Assembly: GCF_001194135.2 (NCBI RefSeq)
Contig: NC_068986.1
Location: 60,371,975 to 60,433,987, forward strand
Reading direction: 5' to 3'
DNA length: 62,013 nt
From: Octopus bimaculoides
Taxonomy: Eukaryota
The translations under genes were made by a program, and so were the position numbers. Under the pieces are notes generated by a model. That model did not search any database. It was not told where the DNA came from and was given only the letters and a program-made list of their open reading frames with translations. This document shows positions 25,140-37,330 of the stretch, in pieces. Numbering within the stretch: the stretch's first letter is position 1; the number at the start of each line of letters is the position of its first letter.

Positions 25140-25490
25140 GCCATGCTCAGATTAGGCAGTATAAATGCACACAGCCTGGAGTCAGCTTACTAACAGAGCC
25201 GTTTACTCTATGACCTCAGGTTATTAAGAATAGATGACCAGACTTCCCAATTGACAAGCTTTTGTGCCAATTTTCGGTTGATACGAGATTTACTTACTTC
25301 CATGTCAACTAGGAATGAAGATGGAACTGTGGTGTTGCTCCAGAAAGGTCTGGATCTCATGATAAGAGCCATCTTCCTGGACCCAGAAGCTGAGTTGGTG
25401 GTCCTGGATGTGCACTTACAGACTGGTGGCTGGTTGTTTATGCTCCGACAGGAGAGCATTGAAGCATTGTATTCTTTGGAGAAAATTTTT
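25140..25490 (+). mobile_element. Tx1/L1-like endonuclease N-terminal fragment
   Basis: MLRLGSINAHSL...; GTVVLLQKGLDLMIRAIFLDPEAELVVLDV is typical of the L1/Tx1 APE. Confidence 0.7.
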
Positions 25491-26099
25491 TTGTAATATT
25501 AATTTCTTTTCATCTGGTTTTTGTTTTTTACTTGATTGGAAATGTGGTGGTGACACATTTCATATTCAGCAAAAACTAGCGCGAAAATCTCATACTAACA
25601 AACATACACGAAAACAACAGTAACATCAAAAATAACAAAAACAACTGAAAGACGCTTTTAGCAACACAAGCAAGGACGCCAAAAGCAACATCAGAAACAA
25701 AACAGAAACAAGAACAACAGCAGTTGGGAGAACAGTAACAACAGCAATGATAGCGTCATCGGCAGCTGTAAAGCAGCAACAGCAATAACAAAAACATCGA
25801 CAATGACGACACAACAGGTGATGGAGCACTCCACGGACAAACAAATGTTCGCTGAGACTGCGGCAAAATCAAAAACATACCTCGTGCTCTCATTACTGTT
25901 TAGCAATAATAAAGGCCATCAGGCACAAGCGCCCACCGTTTCGTATTTTGTCTTGAATCGAGACTCTTTATTTAGATTAATAGAGATGTCTGTCCTCACT
26001 TTTGACATAGTCAGCGCCCATCTTTGTTTTGTTTCTTCCTCCAGTTTTCCTAAAATTTCTTTAATAAATATCACAAAAATTGTATTGTTGGTTCAGGAT

Positions 26100-26360
26100 A
26101 AACTATAGAGCGTAGTAGTGCCATCAGCCGTGCTTTCCAGAGATACGCGCGGGGGTGACGAAACTGTCCTGCCCACGCTCATACAGTACTCGAGCATTGC
26201 TGACTTACGGAGTGCTGTCGAACAGCTATTATCACGTATAAAATGGATCCGGTTATCGGCCAACTCTACCGTGAAGATTGCTCCGCCGTCTTTGTTTGGT
26301 CGAGAACGGCAGGCAGTTTTCCTTTGTCTGGTAGCTATGGAGCCAGAGGTTGTCTTTCCT
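26100..26360 (+). mobile_element. Tx1/L1-like ORF2 C-terminal fragment
   Basis: VEQLLSRIKWIRLSANSTVKIAPP.LFGRERQAVFLCLVAM is homologous to the minus-strand fragments at 33087-33284 and 39744-39986. Confidence 0.7.
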
Positions 26361-27781
26361 TCATTTACTTTCTCTATCTCACAACTGTTTTCATTCACTT
26401 ACCTATTTAAATATTCATTTTTTGCTGATTTTAATTTATATGGATTCATTTTTATCTTATATTATAATTTTGAATTATACATATTTATATCTATATTTTA
26501 TATGGTCATATTTTATAATTTTTATATATATATTTTAAAAATTAGATATCTTAATTCTATATTTTTATATGGTTTATATGGCTTGATATTTTGATATTTT
26601 TATTGCATATATATTATAATTCTCTTCTGCATCAGGGAATAAGCTACTCTATTCGTTCTGCATGCCCTTCTTTCTCTTCCTTTTCCCTTTTAATTTCCTC
26701 TTCTTTCTTTCTCTTCTTCCTTTCTCTTTTTATCCCCTTTATTTAGTTGTATTCTCTATCTCTCTATCTCTATCTTGTACCTAGGATACTTCCTTTTTAT
26801 TCTTTTGCTTTCTCACTACTTCCATACTAAAATAATAAATTGCCTCGCCATCCATCCAACTTTGGACATAGTTATCTGTAACTTGATAAAATAATGTGTT
26901 CCCGGAGGTTCGGTTGTGGTTCTATATGAGCATCTGTATGAATTTGGAACTTCTATCGCAGGGCTCCAAACAATCGTAATGATGGAGCGTGCGCGGGAAC
27001 TTCAATATAAACTTGTATTTATCCTTATATTTTTTCATTTGCTCTGGAGCTAATAACTGGTAATACTAGACAGTATAACAGTTAATTAACAATCATACAT
27101 TTCCTGGTTGAAAGTCATAAACATAGAAGTTTAAGTGTGATAAAATGTGAATTTGGGAGGCAAAATATAGAGGAAAACTAGAAAGAAAAATGGAAGGAAG
27201 AATATTAAAAAGGTTAAGGAAGATGATTATAGGGGGAAAAAGAAATGAGAAAGAAAAGTGACGAATGAAGGAGGAATAGAACATAAAGGAAGACGCCATT
27301 CACAGTAAAGTTGTTTCCAAAGGTAGTTTGTGGTCTGGCGGTTGGGCTTTACATTTCCTAGTATGCTATGTGTCTTTTCATATGAGAGCAACTTCTAAAG
27401 CTTTATTTTTGGAGTTTAGGCAGGTATTGGTCCTTTAAGATCGCAAACACCCTAATACTTACTAGTGATGGATGTTGTGAAGAGAAATGAGATGAATATA
27501 CATCATGTACTGAAGAAGAATGAAAATGACTGACAAAAGGAGTGCGAGAAATTAATGTGTAAGGAAATTGAGTAAGATGTGAACCAAAAATGACATAATG
27601 GAGGAGGAAATGAGGACGAGGTTTAAAAGATTTCGAAAATAAAGTGCAGTACAGGGAACAGTCATGACGCACGCAAGTTTAAGCCCTGTTTTTGCAAGGA
27701 AAGTAGGCGTAAAATGCTTTTTGTATTGTGTAAAGTTAAAACATAGTCTGGTTTTCACGTTTTTTATTATGGTGTTTTGAC

Positions 27782-27822
27782 AAAATTAGCGCTTTCATAC
27801 ATAGTGTACTCATCAGATTTCA
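27782..27822 (-). ncRNA. Minimal type-I hammerhead ribozyme motif
   Basis: Minus strand reads GAAAT-CTGATGA-GTAC-actat-GTAT-GAAA-GCGC-TA-ATTTT: full core, stem II, palindromic loop III and stem I. Confidence 0.75.
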
Positions 27823-29171
27823 AATGTGTTTAACTGACAGTTGAGTTCTTGACAACTTTAGTACCTCTTAGAATGCTCCAATCAGCTGAATTTTTAGAGT
27901 ACCTTTTTGATCAATTTGATACTCTTAAACATCACGGTTTTCCAGGTGTGCCGATATTCTGTAACTTGTTTATACTTATTAATCCACCCTCCTCAATAAT
28001 CTACACTCTAGTCTTAAATTCACAAGAGAAATGAGCAACACAACAATTACCATTTCTTAACATAATGATAATTAAAAACAACACAACAATCACAACTGAT
28101 ATTTATTACAAAAGCACAGATACACACTAGTACCTAAATTTCAAATCATGCCATCCAACACACACAAAACGCAACATCCCGTACTGCATAGCCAGGAAAA
28201 TCTGTACTATAGTCGATGATCCAAATACCAGAAGCACACGACTTATAGAACTCAAAGGATTTCTGCTCAAGAATAATTACCCTCTCCTACTTATAGAAAA
28301 TAGCATACAACGAGCAAAAGAGATACCTATAGAACAACTTAGAGCAACGCGAAAAAGACGAACCCAACAAAGGAACACAATACTATTTCTAGTGACACAC
28401 AATACGCAACACCAAAACATTTTTAACATCATCAAAACAAATTTCCCAATCATAAAACAAAGTGAAAAATTAAAAAAACATAATAAATAATCAAACACTT
28501 ATCTTAAGCAAAAGGCAACCACATAACCTAAAGAAACTATTAACAAAGGCAAAATTCAACATGAACAAACTGGATAACATTCACAGTATCCAAGTGTAAA
28601 TGTAACAGATGCGGAACGTGTCAATACATGCATACGGATAGACCCATTAGAATAAAAAATGGACAGATTTTTGCAAATGCAGATATGAACTGAAAAAGCA
28701 GAAATTTGATCTACTGCATTAAATGCCCGAATTGTGAGGAATTACATATAGGCGAGACAGAGAATGCATTATCGGAACGCTCACAAGACCACAAACAACA
28801 AATCCGGAACACCAATGTTCGCCAAATTCCATTGAGTGAACATGTAGAGACATGTACTCAGAAAATGTTTCTAATTTTTTCCTTTCCACAAACTACATGA
28901 CACAAGTGAGGTTGGAAGAATGATAAAAGAAAAACAGTTTATTAAAATGTTCAAACCTGTTCTGAACGGAAATAACAGCAATAATGCAACAGCCGGTTAA
29001 TGATGTGGATTAATAAATATAAATAAATTACATAATATCGATACGCCTGGAAAACAGTGATATTTAAGAGCTTGCGGATTGATCAAAAAAGGTATTCTAA
29101 AAATTCAGCTGGCTGAAACGTTCTAAGAGGTACTAAAGTTGTCAAGAATTCAACTGTCAGTTAAACACATT

Positions 29172-29212
29172 TGAAATCTGATGAATACACTATGTATGAA
29201 AGCGCTAATTTT
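29172..29212 (+). ncRNA. Minimal type-I hammerhead ribozyme motif
   Basis: GAAAT-CTGATGA(29178-29184)-ATAC-actat-GTAT-GAAA(29198-29201)-GCGC-TA-ATTTT. Confidence 0.75.
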
Positions 29213-29344
29213 TTTTAAATATAAAAAGTGAAAACCAGACTGTTTTAACTTTATGCAACTGATATACTATTCTATACACATTCACATAAATTCGAAACAA
29301 AACACACACACACATATTAATACATCTATATATACATATGTATT

Positions 29345-29347
<3 letters not shown>

Positions 29348-29388
<41 letters not shown>
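29348..29388. repeat. (GATA)n microsatellite
   Basis: Direct reading. Confidence 0.96.
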
Positions 29389-29389
<1 letters not shown>

Positions 29390-29399
29390 GAAATTTATA

Positions 29400-29530
29400 G
29401 AAAAACAAAAACGAAGGCAGGTGTAGGAACAACAAACAAGTGTATTAGTTTGACGCTCGAGAAAAATGGAGAAGCCTTTTACGTTTCGAGCCTACGCTCT
29501 TCGACAGATAAGACTAAGAGGAAATAAACA
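29400..29530 (-). mobile_element. Short interspersed repeat (probably PLE pLTR-derived) with a hammerhead-like variant
   Basis: Minus strand 29473-29514 reads CTGTCGA-A-GAGC-gtag-GCTC-GAAA-CG-TA. Confidence 0.5.
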
Positions 29531-30671
29531 GAGAAAGAATGAAAAAAAGCATGGTCCAACATGGCGAATGATAGATAGATGGATAGATAATGTTAGGTAA
29601 GAAAACAAGGTTGTGTGCGATGATATCAAAATAGGAAAATATAGGACAAACGATGAGAGCACATAGCAAACAAAGTATAGAGACCAAAAGAAATATTATC
29701 CTTCATTTGCCGTCCATCTAGAGATTTTTGACATTTTGACACCTGAAAACAAATCCCTGACAACCATATCCAATAGTTGATGACGTCTCTAAGGTTGGTG
29801 ACTCTGCCTTCGGAGACTGAAACTGCAAAAATCCCTTGATGAAAAGCTAACGAAAGTTAATTTCATGTCTTTTTTTCTTTAGTTTTCTCTTATATACTCA
29901 TCGTTTGTGCTTAATGTCTATTTAGATATCAACGTATGAAATTTTTTTCTCTCTCTCTCTTTCTCACTCTATGCTTTCTCTCGTTCTTATCTACCACCTT
30001 CCTCTTCAAGCTTACAAGCTTACGTCTTCCTACTTCTGTTCTAGTCAATCATCTTCCTTTGTTCTTTTTGTTCGCCCAGCAAACACATACGTTTCTCCCT
30101 GTTCACAGTGAGCATCTAATCTTATATCCCGCTTTTTTCCAGCTTCGCACTAGTGTCTTGTGTTGTTTTGTTTTTGTCTTATTTGTTTTTGTCAAAAATC
30201 TCTAGTGCTATTTTTCCTTTTTTCTGTCCCACTCGCTAAGGCTTAACTACATATTTTCCAGTCGGCAAGACTATTTTTTCCTGTCTCTGGTGTCTCGTAA
30301 TCCCCATAAACTGCATGTGATGGTTATTAATGCCCCGAGGATTAGCGACTCACTCCTCAGACGCCTAAGCTGTGAAAATTGCTGGATTGATAGCAAATGT
30401 ATAGCAAGTTTTCATTTTTTCTATTCTTCTATTAAGAAAACTTGGTTTGTGTCAAATTTATTCCAAATTTCTGAAATTTCTTTTACCTTCTCTCTCTCTC
30501 TCGCACACATACATGCATACATATTTTCTTTTATTGTGTAGCTGGTTCTAGTCCTAGGACTGCGACTACGTTGAGTGCCACTTTAGACTGTTTACCCTAT
30601 GGATGGTCACCATCCTAGATTCTATACATCAACTTTTACGCACATGAGCTCAAAGATATCATACAAATTTT

Positions 30672-30735
30672 AGAAGAAGAAGAAGAAGAAGAAGAAGAAG
30701 AAGAAGAAGAAGAAGAAGAAGAAGAAGAAGAAGAA

Positions 30736-30770
<35 letters not shown>
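30672..30770. repeat. Compound (GAA)n(GAT)n microsatellite
   Basis: Direct reading. Confidence 0.97.
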
Positions 30771-31249
30771 GCAGAAGAAGAAAACGAAGAAAAAAAGAAC
30801 AAAATGAAAATGCAGTAGTAGTAATGATAAAATTAAGAATGCTAATACTACTATTACAAGTAATGATAATACTCATGAATAAAAATAATGTGAAATCAAA
30901 TAAAGAATGATAATGATGAAACAAGAATGACATACTACTCATCATAATAATATAATGTTAGAATATAACTGGCAGGAATATTCTTTTCTTTAGTGGCCAG
31001 AAGGGCCGAAAATAAAACAAAAGGGGCATTACAAAAGCAAGGCTCAAGCTGAACTGAACACAAAAACACATATAAACAATAAAACCAAAAACAATTAGCT
31101 GCAAAATTTAAACAATAACATTCTCCAAAAGGGTGCAATTTCATCCAGGACAACCAAGGAAGCCTCCACATCTTGATTACTCCGATCGCTAAGGGCAGCC
31201 CCCCCCNNNNNNNNNNCAGGAAAGTATCCCTATCCCTTTCATCCCCTCC

Positions 31250-32930
31250 GGCTTACAGGCGCGTGTTCACAATAGGTCATTTCACACAGACCTTCCTCGC
31301 CACGCTCACCCATCTTTCAACAAAAATACTGAGGGCAGCACTTCCCTCTTCACTCTCATTTTCCTTTTCAAGCGAAACTTGAAAAAGTCGATGAGAGCTC
31401 GGGCGAAAAGGAAAGTATCTGTTTTCAGTCTTTTCAACCTCGTCCACCACACTAACTCTTTCACCATAGCCACCAGACAAATGAAAATTGCATGCCCTTC
31501 CCGACCAAAAAAGGCGGTGGTATGCGATGGACTCGGCCGATAACTGGATCCACCCTACATGCAACAACAGCTCTTTGACAAAGCTCCATAAGTCAGGAAT
31601 GCTCGGCTACTGGACGAATGCATTTAGCACGGTTTCCTCGCTTTGCACAAATCTCGGACCGGTCTATCTGACAGCACTTTTGTGCCTGTAGAGCTTATCT
31701 CGAATTGGCAGAATCCCTCTCCACTCTGGAAGTATTGCCAGGCCAAGGATTTCTGAAAATTGTCCATAGACCCCGGCCCGAAAGTCTACTGGAAAAGACC
31801 AGTTAATTGATTTTCCCCCCAATTCCCAGAGTTTCCCAGGGGACGCCGTTGCTCTTGTCCGCTACTAATCCCCTATATAATCCCCTGTAGAACTTCCACT
31901 AATTGTATTGTCTGACTGTCAGAAAGCACTGTGAGCGCTTGCCGACACTCCAGGTGCAAGCACCATGCCTAGGTCTATACTTGGTCCAGGCCTGTAGCTC
32001 CATCAATGAGACGAGCTATGGAAAATCTTTTTTGCGAAAGAGCAAGTCTGACTAATGGTGACCACATCTACTCACTGTCAAGGAAACGCTGAAGATGTTA
32101 CATCCTCAGTGCATGTCTACAAATCATTAGTCATAGCATTCTCAGTTCTCCTCTCAGCTGATGAGAGGAACAGGTTCTTTCCACAGAAAGTGAAAGATCA
32201 AGTGTTCCAGCTTGATCAACAACGAAACAGTGCAAGGGTCATCAGTCAAGCGGTAGTAGATATCAGATGCGATCTAAGCATTCCTCCAGGGACAGTTTCC
32301 TCTTGCCCCATTTCTGGATGAGACTAGCCAACCCCTACAGTTCTTGTCCACCTGGGGGTCCGGTCTCAAACCAGACCTCAAGAAATTTAACCGGTCCTTC
32401 CATCCAGCACGCTACGACGCTATCGGCTGGCACGGACCTGCCGCACCAGGTGCGGAGCTGCAGGACCACTGACTTCTTCCAGTTAATCTTTCCTCTTGTT
32501 ACCACTTTGTACTCCCTCAGGGTTGTGTCGATCACTTCGATTTCCAAGATGTCCGGCATTATTATGATGATGTCGTCCGCATAAACTGACGAATCTTCCG
32601 CCTTCTAGTTCATGCAGGATGCCCCTCGAAATATCCAGTTTCTGCAGAAATGGCTCCAGAGCCAGCACGTACAGAAGGGGCGAGAATGGGCATCCTTGAC
32701 GGACTGAACGTTCAATGCTGAATGATTCCGATAGGTGCCCATTTACCAAAGAGATGTTGCTGTGCATTGCAGCTATCAAACCTCTAGAAATAGGATCGAA
32801 ACCGGCTGCCATGAGGACAGCCGCCAAGTATTGGTGGTCGACTCTATCGGAGGTTTTCAATTGATCTAGTGCGTCACCGATCAGTCTATCAACGACAAAC
32901 GCCAGTGTCGTGGATAACACCCTGGAGAAA
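31250..32930 (-). mobile_element. Tx1/L1-like LINE, 5'-truncated and decayed (RT + C-terminus)
   Basis: SVRQGCPFSPLLYVLALEPFLQKL (32483-32920), YADD-like codons near 32570-32585, KFLEVWF, and a C-terminal RWVSVARK. Confidence 0.85.
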
Positions 32931-33039
32931 AATCTTGTAACCTGTATTTAGCAGTTACAGGCTCACAGTACTGTGAATTCTCCCATTCCACTGCTAATTG
33001 CGGTAGACATCAACCAAGGGACTATCGAACGAGTCTAAC

Positions 33040-34200
33040 ATGCTCAGAACAGGACCGTTCACTCGGACCATGCTAGCCACATACACTCACCTTTTAACAC
33101 TTCCCTCCCCACCCTCACTTGCCTTTTCAAGTGTAAAATTGATGAGAGCTTGGCCGAAGAGGAAGGTGTCTGACTTCAGCCCTTTCAATGTGGTCCACCA
33201 TAAAACATCTTTCGCAAAAGCCACCAGGCAAATAAATACTGCCAGTCCTTCTTGACCAAAACAAGGCTTCATGGTGACCTTCATAATGGACTCAGCCGAA
33301 AGTCAGATCCGTACTACACACGACAGCAGGTGTTTAACACAAGCCTACAAGTCAGCAATGCTCTGGCATGAGATAAGTGCGGGCAGAAGTTTCGTCGCTC
33401 TGCGCGCATTTCGGGCAAGCCCTAATGATGGCATTTCTATGCCTGTTGAGTTTATCTCAAACCGGCAGTTCCCCCTGGTAGCACAGCGAGGCCAGTGCCT
33501 TCTGGAAATTATTCATGGGCCCCGGTCCAAAAGTCTTCCATTACAGACCAGCCAGTTGATTCTCATCGACACCAAGACTCTCCCTGTGAATATTGTTACC
33601 TTTGCCCTTCTCGAAACTATAGAAGGCCAAGTGGAATTTCCACCAATCGCATTGCACGACTGGCAATGGACTGTGAGTGTCTGATAGCATTCTAGGGGCC
33701 AGGCCTTGGTCTATGCTTTATCCAAGATTGCGAACCAGTCAAAGAGACGAGCTGCGGAAATGTGAGTCTGACCAACAGTAACCTGACCTGTTTATTGTCA
33801 AAGAAACGACGCTGAAGATGTCGTAGCGTCAGCGTATGTCTCGCATCATTAGCTACGGCATACCCAGTCCTCCACTTAGCGAGTGTTAGCAGCAAATGAA
33901 GCGCCTGAGAAGCAGAACGTTCCCTTCTTCAGAATGGCCAGACGTGAACTGAGGCAAGGCATGAAGGTCAAGCGGTAATCGATGACGGAGATGATATGTA
34001 CGTTCACCACCTCTGCTCAACCTTTCACTAAAGGCTTTCCCTCTGCCCATTTCTGATGAGGTTGGTTACCCTGCTCGTCACCTCCCCCCAGTTCTTGTTC
34101 ATCTTCAAGTCCGGGCCAAACCAGACCCCTAGCAATTTAACTGGTTCGTCCATCCAGCGTCCCATGACGCTACTGAACGATATGAATCAGGCTTTTCAGA
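33040..34200 (-). mobile_element. Tx1/L1-like LINE 3' fragment (second copy in tandem)
   Basis: KLLGVWFGPDL (~34115-34145) and EGLAVFICLVAFAKDVLWWTTLKGL (33087-33284) parallel the 31250-32930 copy. Confidence 0.8.
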
Positions 34201-34539
34201 TGCCATACTGACTTCCTTTGGTTGATTTTTCTTTCTGTCACCACCTCGCATTCCTTTAGAAAAGTGCCGATCAGGCGTGTGTGCCTGGCGGCTGACACTT
34301 TAAGGTATCGCTCTCCATGCATCCCGACACTGTTCCTGTACAGCCTAGTTCACGTGGGGTGCTCTTTCACGTCCCCAGAAGTAGCTATGGGGCCCTGGTT
34401 TCAGGCTTTGAGGAATGTGGAATCACCTCTTAGCCACTATTGCTGGGTGCAAGCAATAGTGACCACCTATTGCTGGTCTGCTCTTGCCCGGAGTGGTAGC
34501 AGCTGTAAGGGTCCCAGCTATGAGTTAACTAGCAAACCC

Positions 34540-36052
34540 CACCTGCGACTGGGCGGGGGGCGGTAGAATGCACCGCCGTACTCCCTGAGTGGCGTAAGAG
34601 GCAACTAAAAGAGGCAGGAGCGAGAGCACTGGGAATCCTCTCCTAGTAAATCCATGTTCCTAAAAAGACGGTAAGAAAAAGACAAGGGGTGGGAGAAGGT
34701 TAACACCAATCTTATCCAAGTATTAGGGTCAGGGAATGTGCGTGGGTGTAGTACAAGTGAGATAAAGAGGAGAGAGACAGGGAGTGTGATGAGGAGGAGA
34801 AGGATGGATGCGCTGGCACTGAGCGAGACTAAGATGAAAGAAATGGTAAGTATTAGTTTGGGAATGTGACTAGACGAGTGTTGGGAGGAGGAGGGCTCGC
34901 GAGGGCGTGGCATTGCTGGTGAGTGAGCGTGTGAAGAGTCTAGTGAAGTGGAGGGAAGTGTCTTTAAGATTAATGTGGGTTAAGATGAGGTGGGGAGGCG
35001 AGATATGGGTGTTTTTTTTAGTACATATGGTCCAAGGAGTGAAAGGAGTCTGGAAGAAGTAGAGAAGTTCTGGAGGGAATTGAAAGAGGTGGTTATGTGG
35101 TGATTTGAATACGCGAGTGGGAAATGAGGAAGAAAATGTAGGAAAATATGGAGTTCCTGGTCAGAATGAGAGTGAAAGGGGGTTGTTGGAAATGTGTGTG
35201 GAGTAGGAGTTGGTGGTGGAGAATATTCTTTTCAAAAAGTGGGAGAAGAATAAGTTCACGTGGTGGAGGGTGGAGGGTAGAGGGAGGAACAGAAGTGGAT
35301 AGGATCTTGATGGACTATATATTAATTGAGTGATAGGATAAGAGAGTGGTAGGAAGGTTGGTGAATGTGCATATAATGAGAGGTGAAGGTGGAGGAGTGT
35401 CAGATCCCTTCTTAGTACAGAATAAGTTGAAGGTATGCTCAAAATGGAATGCTAGACGAGTGACAGGGAAGAGAGAAGTTGTGAAGGTGAATGAGCTGTA
35501 TAGGAGAGAGAAGGAGTAGTTGTATATAGAGAAATTGAGAGGTGAATATGAACATGTTAAGAAACGGGAGGTAAGAATTGTGGAGGAGTGGGAGGCTTTT
35601 AGAGAGGCAGTAATGAGATGTGATCCTGTGTATGTGGTACACGAGTGGTTGGAATGGATGTGAGGAAAGGTAGTGAGTGGTGGAATGCGCAGGTAAGGGA
35701 TGCGGTGACAGAGAAGAAAAGGGCATTTGAAGAGTGGTTGCAGAAAGGGGATGAAGAGACTTATGATCGCTACAGAGAAATGAAGAAGAGGGTAAAGAAA
35801 GTGGTGAGGGTGGCGAAATGGGAGGCGAGTGAAAGGTTCGGGAAAAAGTTGAGCGAAAATTTTGTTGGAAATAAAAAGATGTTTTGGAAAGAGGTACAAA
35901 GGGAAAGAAAGGTGGTTGGAGGAAGGAAAGAAAGGGTGAAGGATGTAAATGGAAATTTGTTGAAAGGAAGTGAGGATGTACGAAGGAGATGGGCAGAGTG
36001 TTTTAGTCAGCTGTTAAATGTGGAAAATGTTAGGGAGGCTAGTATAGTGATT
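34540..36052 (+). mobile_element. RTE-like LINE 5' portion (5' UTR, APE endonuclease, linker); RT missing
   Basis: NVRGCSTSEIKRRE..MDALALSETKMK (34735-34840) and SEWWNAQVRDAV.EKKRAFEEW..NKKMFWKEV (35645-36050). Confidence 0.8.
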
Positions 36053-36189
36053 GTAGGCTTTCTGGTAGGCACTCATATATGTGAAAATTCATTTTCTATA
36101 TGAAATTCCTTGGGGGAAACCTTGTAATAGCCTTTTCGAGGCCGTGATGCTAGGGTTCCCAAAGTCATGTAGGAAATGCTCTCTCTTAT

Positions 36190-37330
36190 TTCCTTATAAC
36201 AGATATTGGTTATGTTGTCTTTGAAAATCTCCCTGTCTCCTCTTTGTGCTATGTAAGAAAGTAGTTCGTTTTATTAACACAGTTGCAATTTGTTGTTGTT
36301 GTGGATGTGTTTCAGCTTGTGTTTGTCTTCTAGTATGTTTGTTGTTGTTTTGTTTGTGTATCTTCTTTTTGTTGCTGTTAGTGGAGGTCATAGTGTATTT
36401 GGTGTTTGGAATCAACAATGTTCTTTGTGCTTTACTTTCCTTCTCCAGATTTTTTTTGCTTTTCCCTTCCACCCTCACCCCATTCACCTTACATGATGTA
36501 TGATTGGAAGATTCTGCCTCGGATGTAAGGGCATGTTTTCTCTTGTGATTATATTTTTGTTTTGCGTGTAGGTATGGGGTAAACAGGGACAGAAGGAGAG
36601 AGAGTAGGGTTAGGATTCCCTGGGGGGGGGGGGGAATTATCTTTTGAGTGTCAGTATTCTCTGCCACATCAGTTGCTACAACGGATGGAATTGATGTTGT
36701 TACTTGATGCTGGTGTTACGGCTGTTGTTGTTTCGACTGTCTCTGCTGCAACTGTGAGTTTTGCTGACCCAGATTTTATCATTTTTTCTCCTTGCTGCTA
36801 CAGCTGGTACTGCTTCAGTTGTTGCACAATCTCGCTCTTATTGCTGTTGCTACTGTTCTGTTGTTATGTCCGTGATGGTGTCTGCAGCAGTTAGTCTTCC
36901 TTTCCCCTTTCTTGTTTTGGTTGTGTGGGTAAAACGCTCGTTGATTTTTCATCATTCACAGACGTGGCATTTCGATTGTCTGCTATCTCCAATAAGGCGT
37001 TACTCTGCTCTATTCGGCAGGGAGATCAAATCCGGAATCTCCAGCTGGTTAGGCTTTTCAAAAAGAACCTCCAGCGTGGTCCCAGTCCTGCGATCCCTCC
37101 TTGTTCTTTTAACATCATGAGAGAATCACTGCCCTCAAGGACTATGCATTCAAGAATCCACCAAAGGTCTAATTTTGTTGGAAACCCCAGTATAGTTATC
37201 TTTACTACCCATCTTCCTAAATGAGCAGGAAAGAGAACAAGAATCTCGTTGTAGCGGGCGGCCACTGAGTGCTGGATTGCAGGGAACTCAATCTTAAACA
37301 AGACCATGACTCCGCCGAAATATCTTGCCC
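36190..37330 (-). mobile_element. Tx1/L1-like ORF1 remnant (third copy) with low-complexity tail
   Basis: LEIPDLISLP...GDSRQSKCHVCE knuckle-like region at ~36950-37050, followed by an (ACA/GCA)-rich tail. Confidence 0.55.

Larger units (their letters stand above)
27726..29258 (+). mobile_element. Penelope-like element (linker + GIY-YIG) flanked by inverted pseudo-LTRs (27726-27958 and 29034-29258)
   Basis: NLIYCIKCPNCEELHIGETENALSER GIY-YIG motif (28700-28780) and RTRLIELKGFLLKNNYP linker. The flanks are reverse complements over ~230 bp. Confidence 0.9.

Noticed and set aside
29775-29855. Two TTGATGA...GAAA hammerhead-like stretches
   Set aside because: C3 is missing in both, the first has extra bases around stem II and the second has no stem II.
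32155-32195. CTGATGA matches here and at 34054, 38263 (minus), 52183 and 60288 (minus)
   Set aside because: No correctly placed stem II-GAAA. Most lie within transposon coding sequence.
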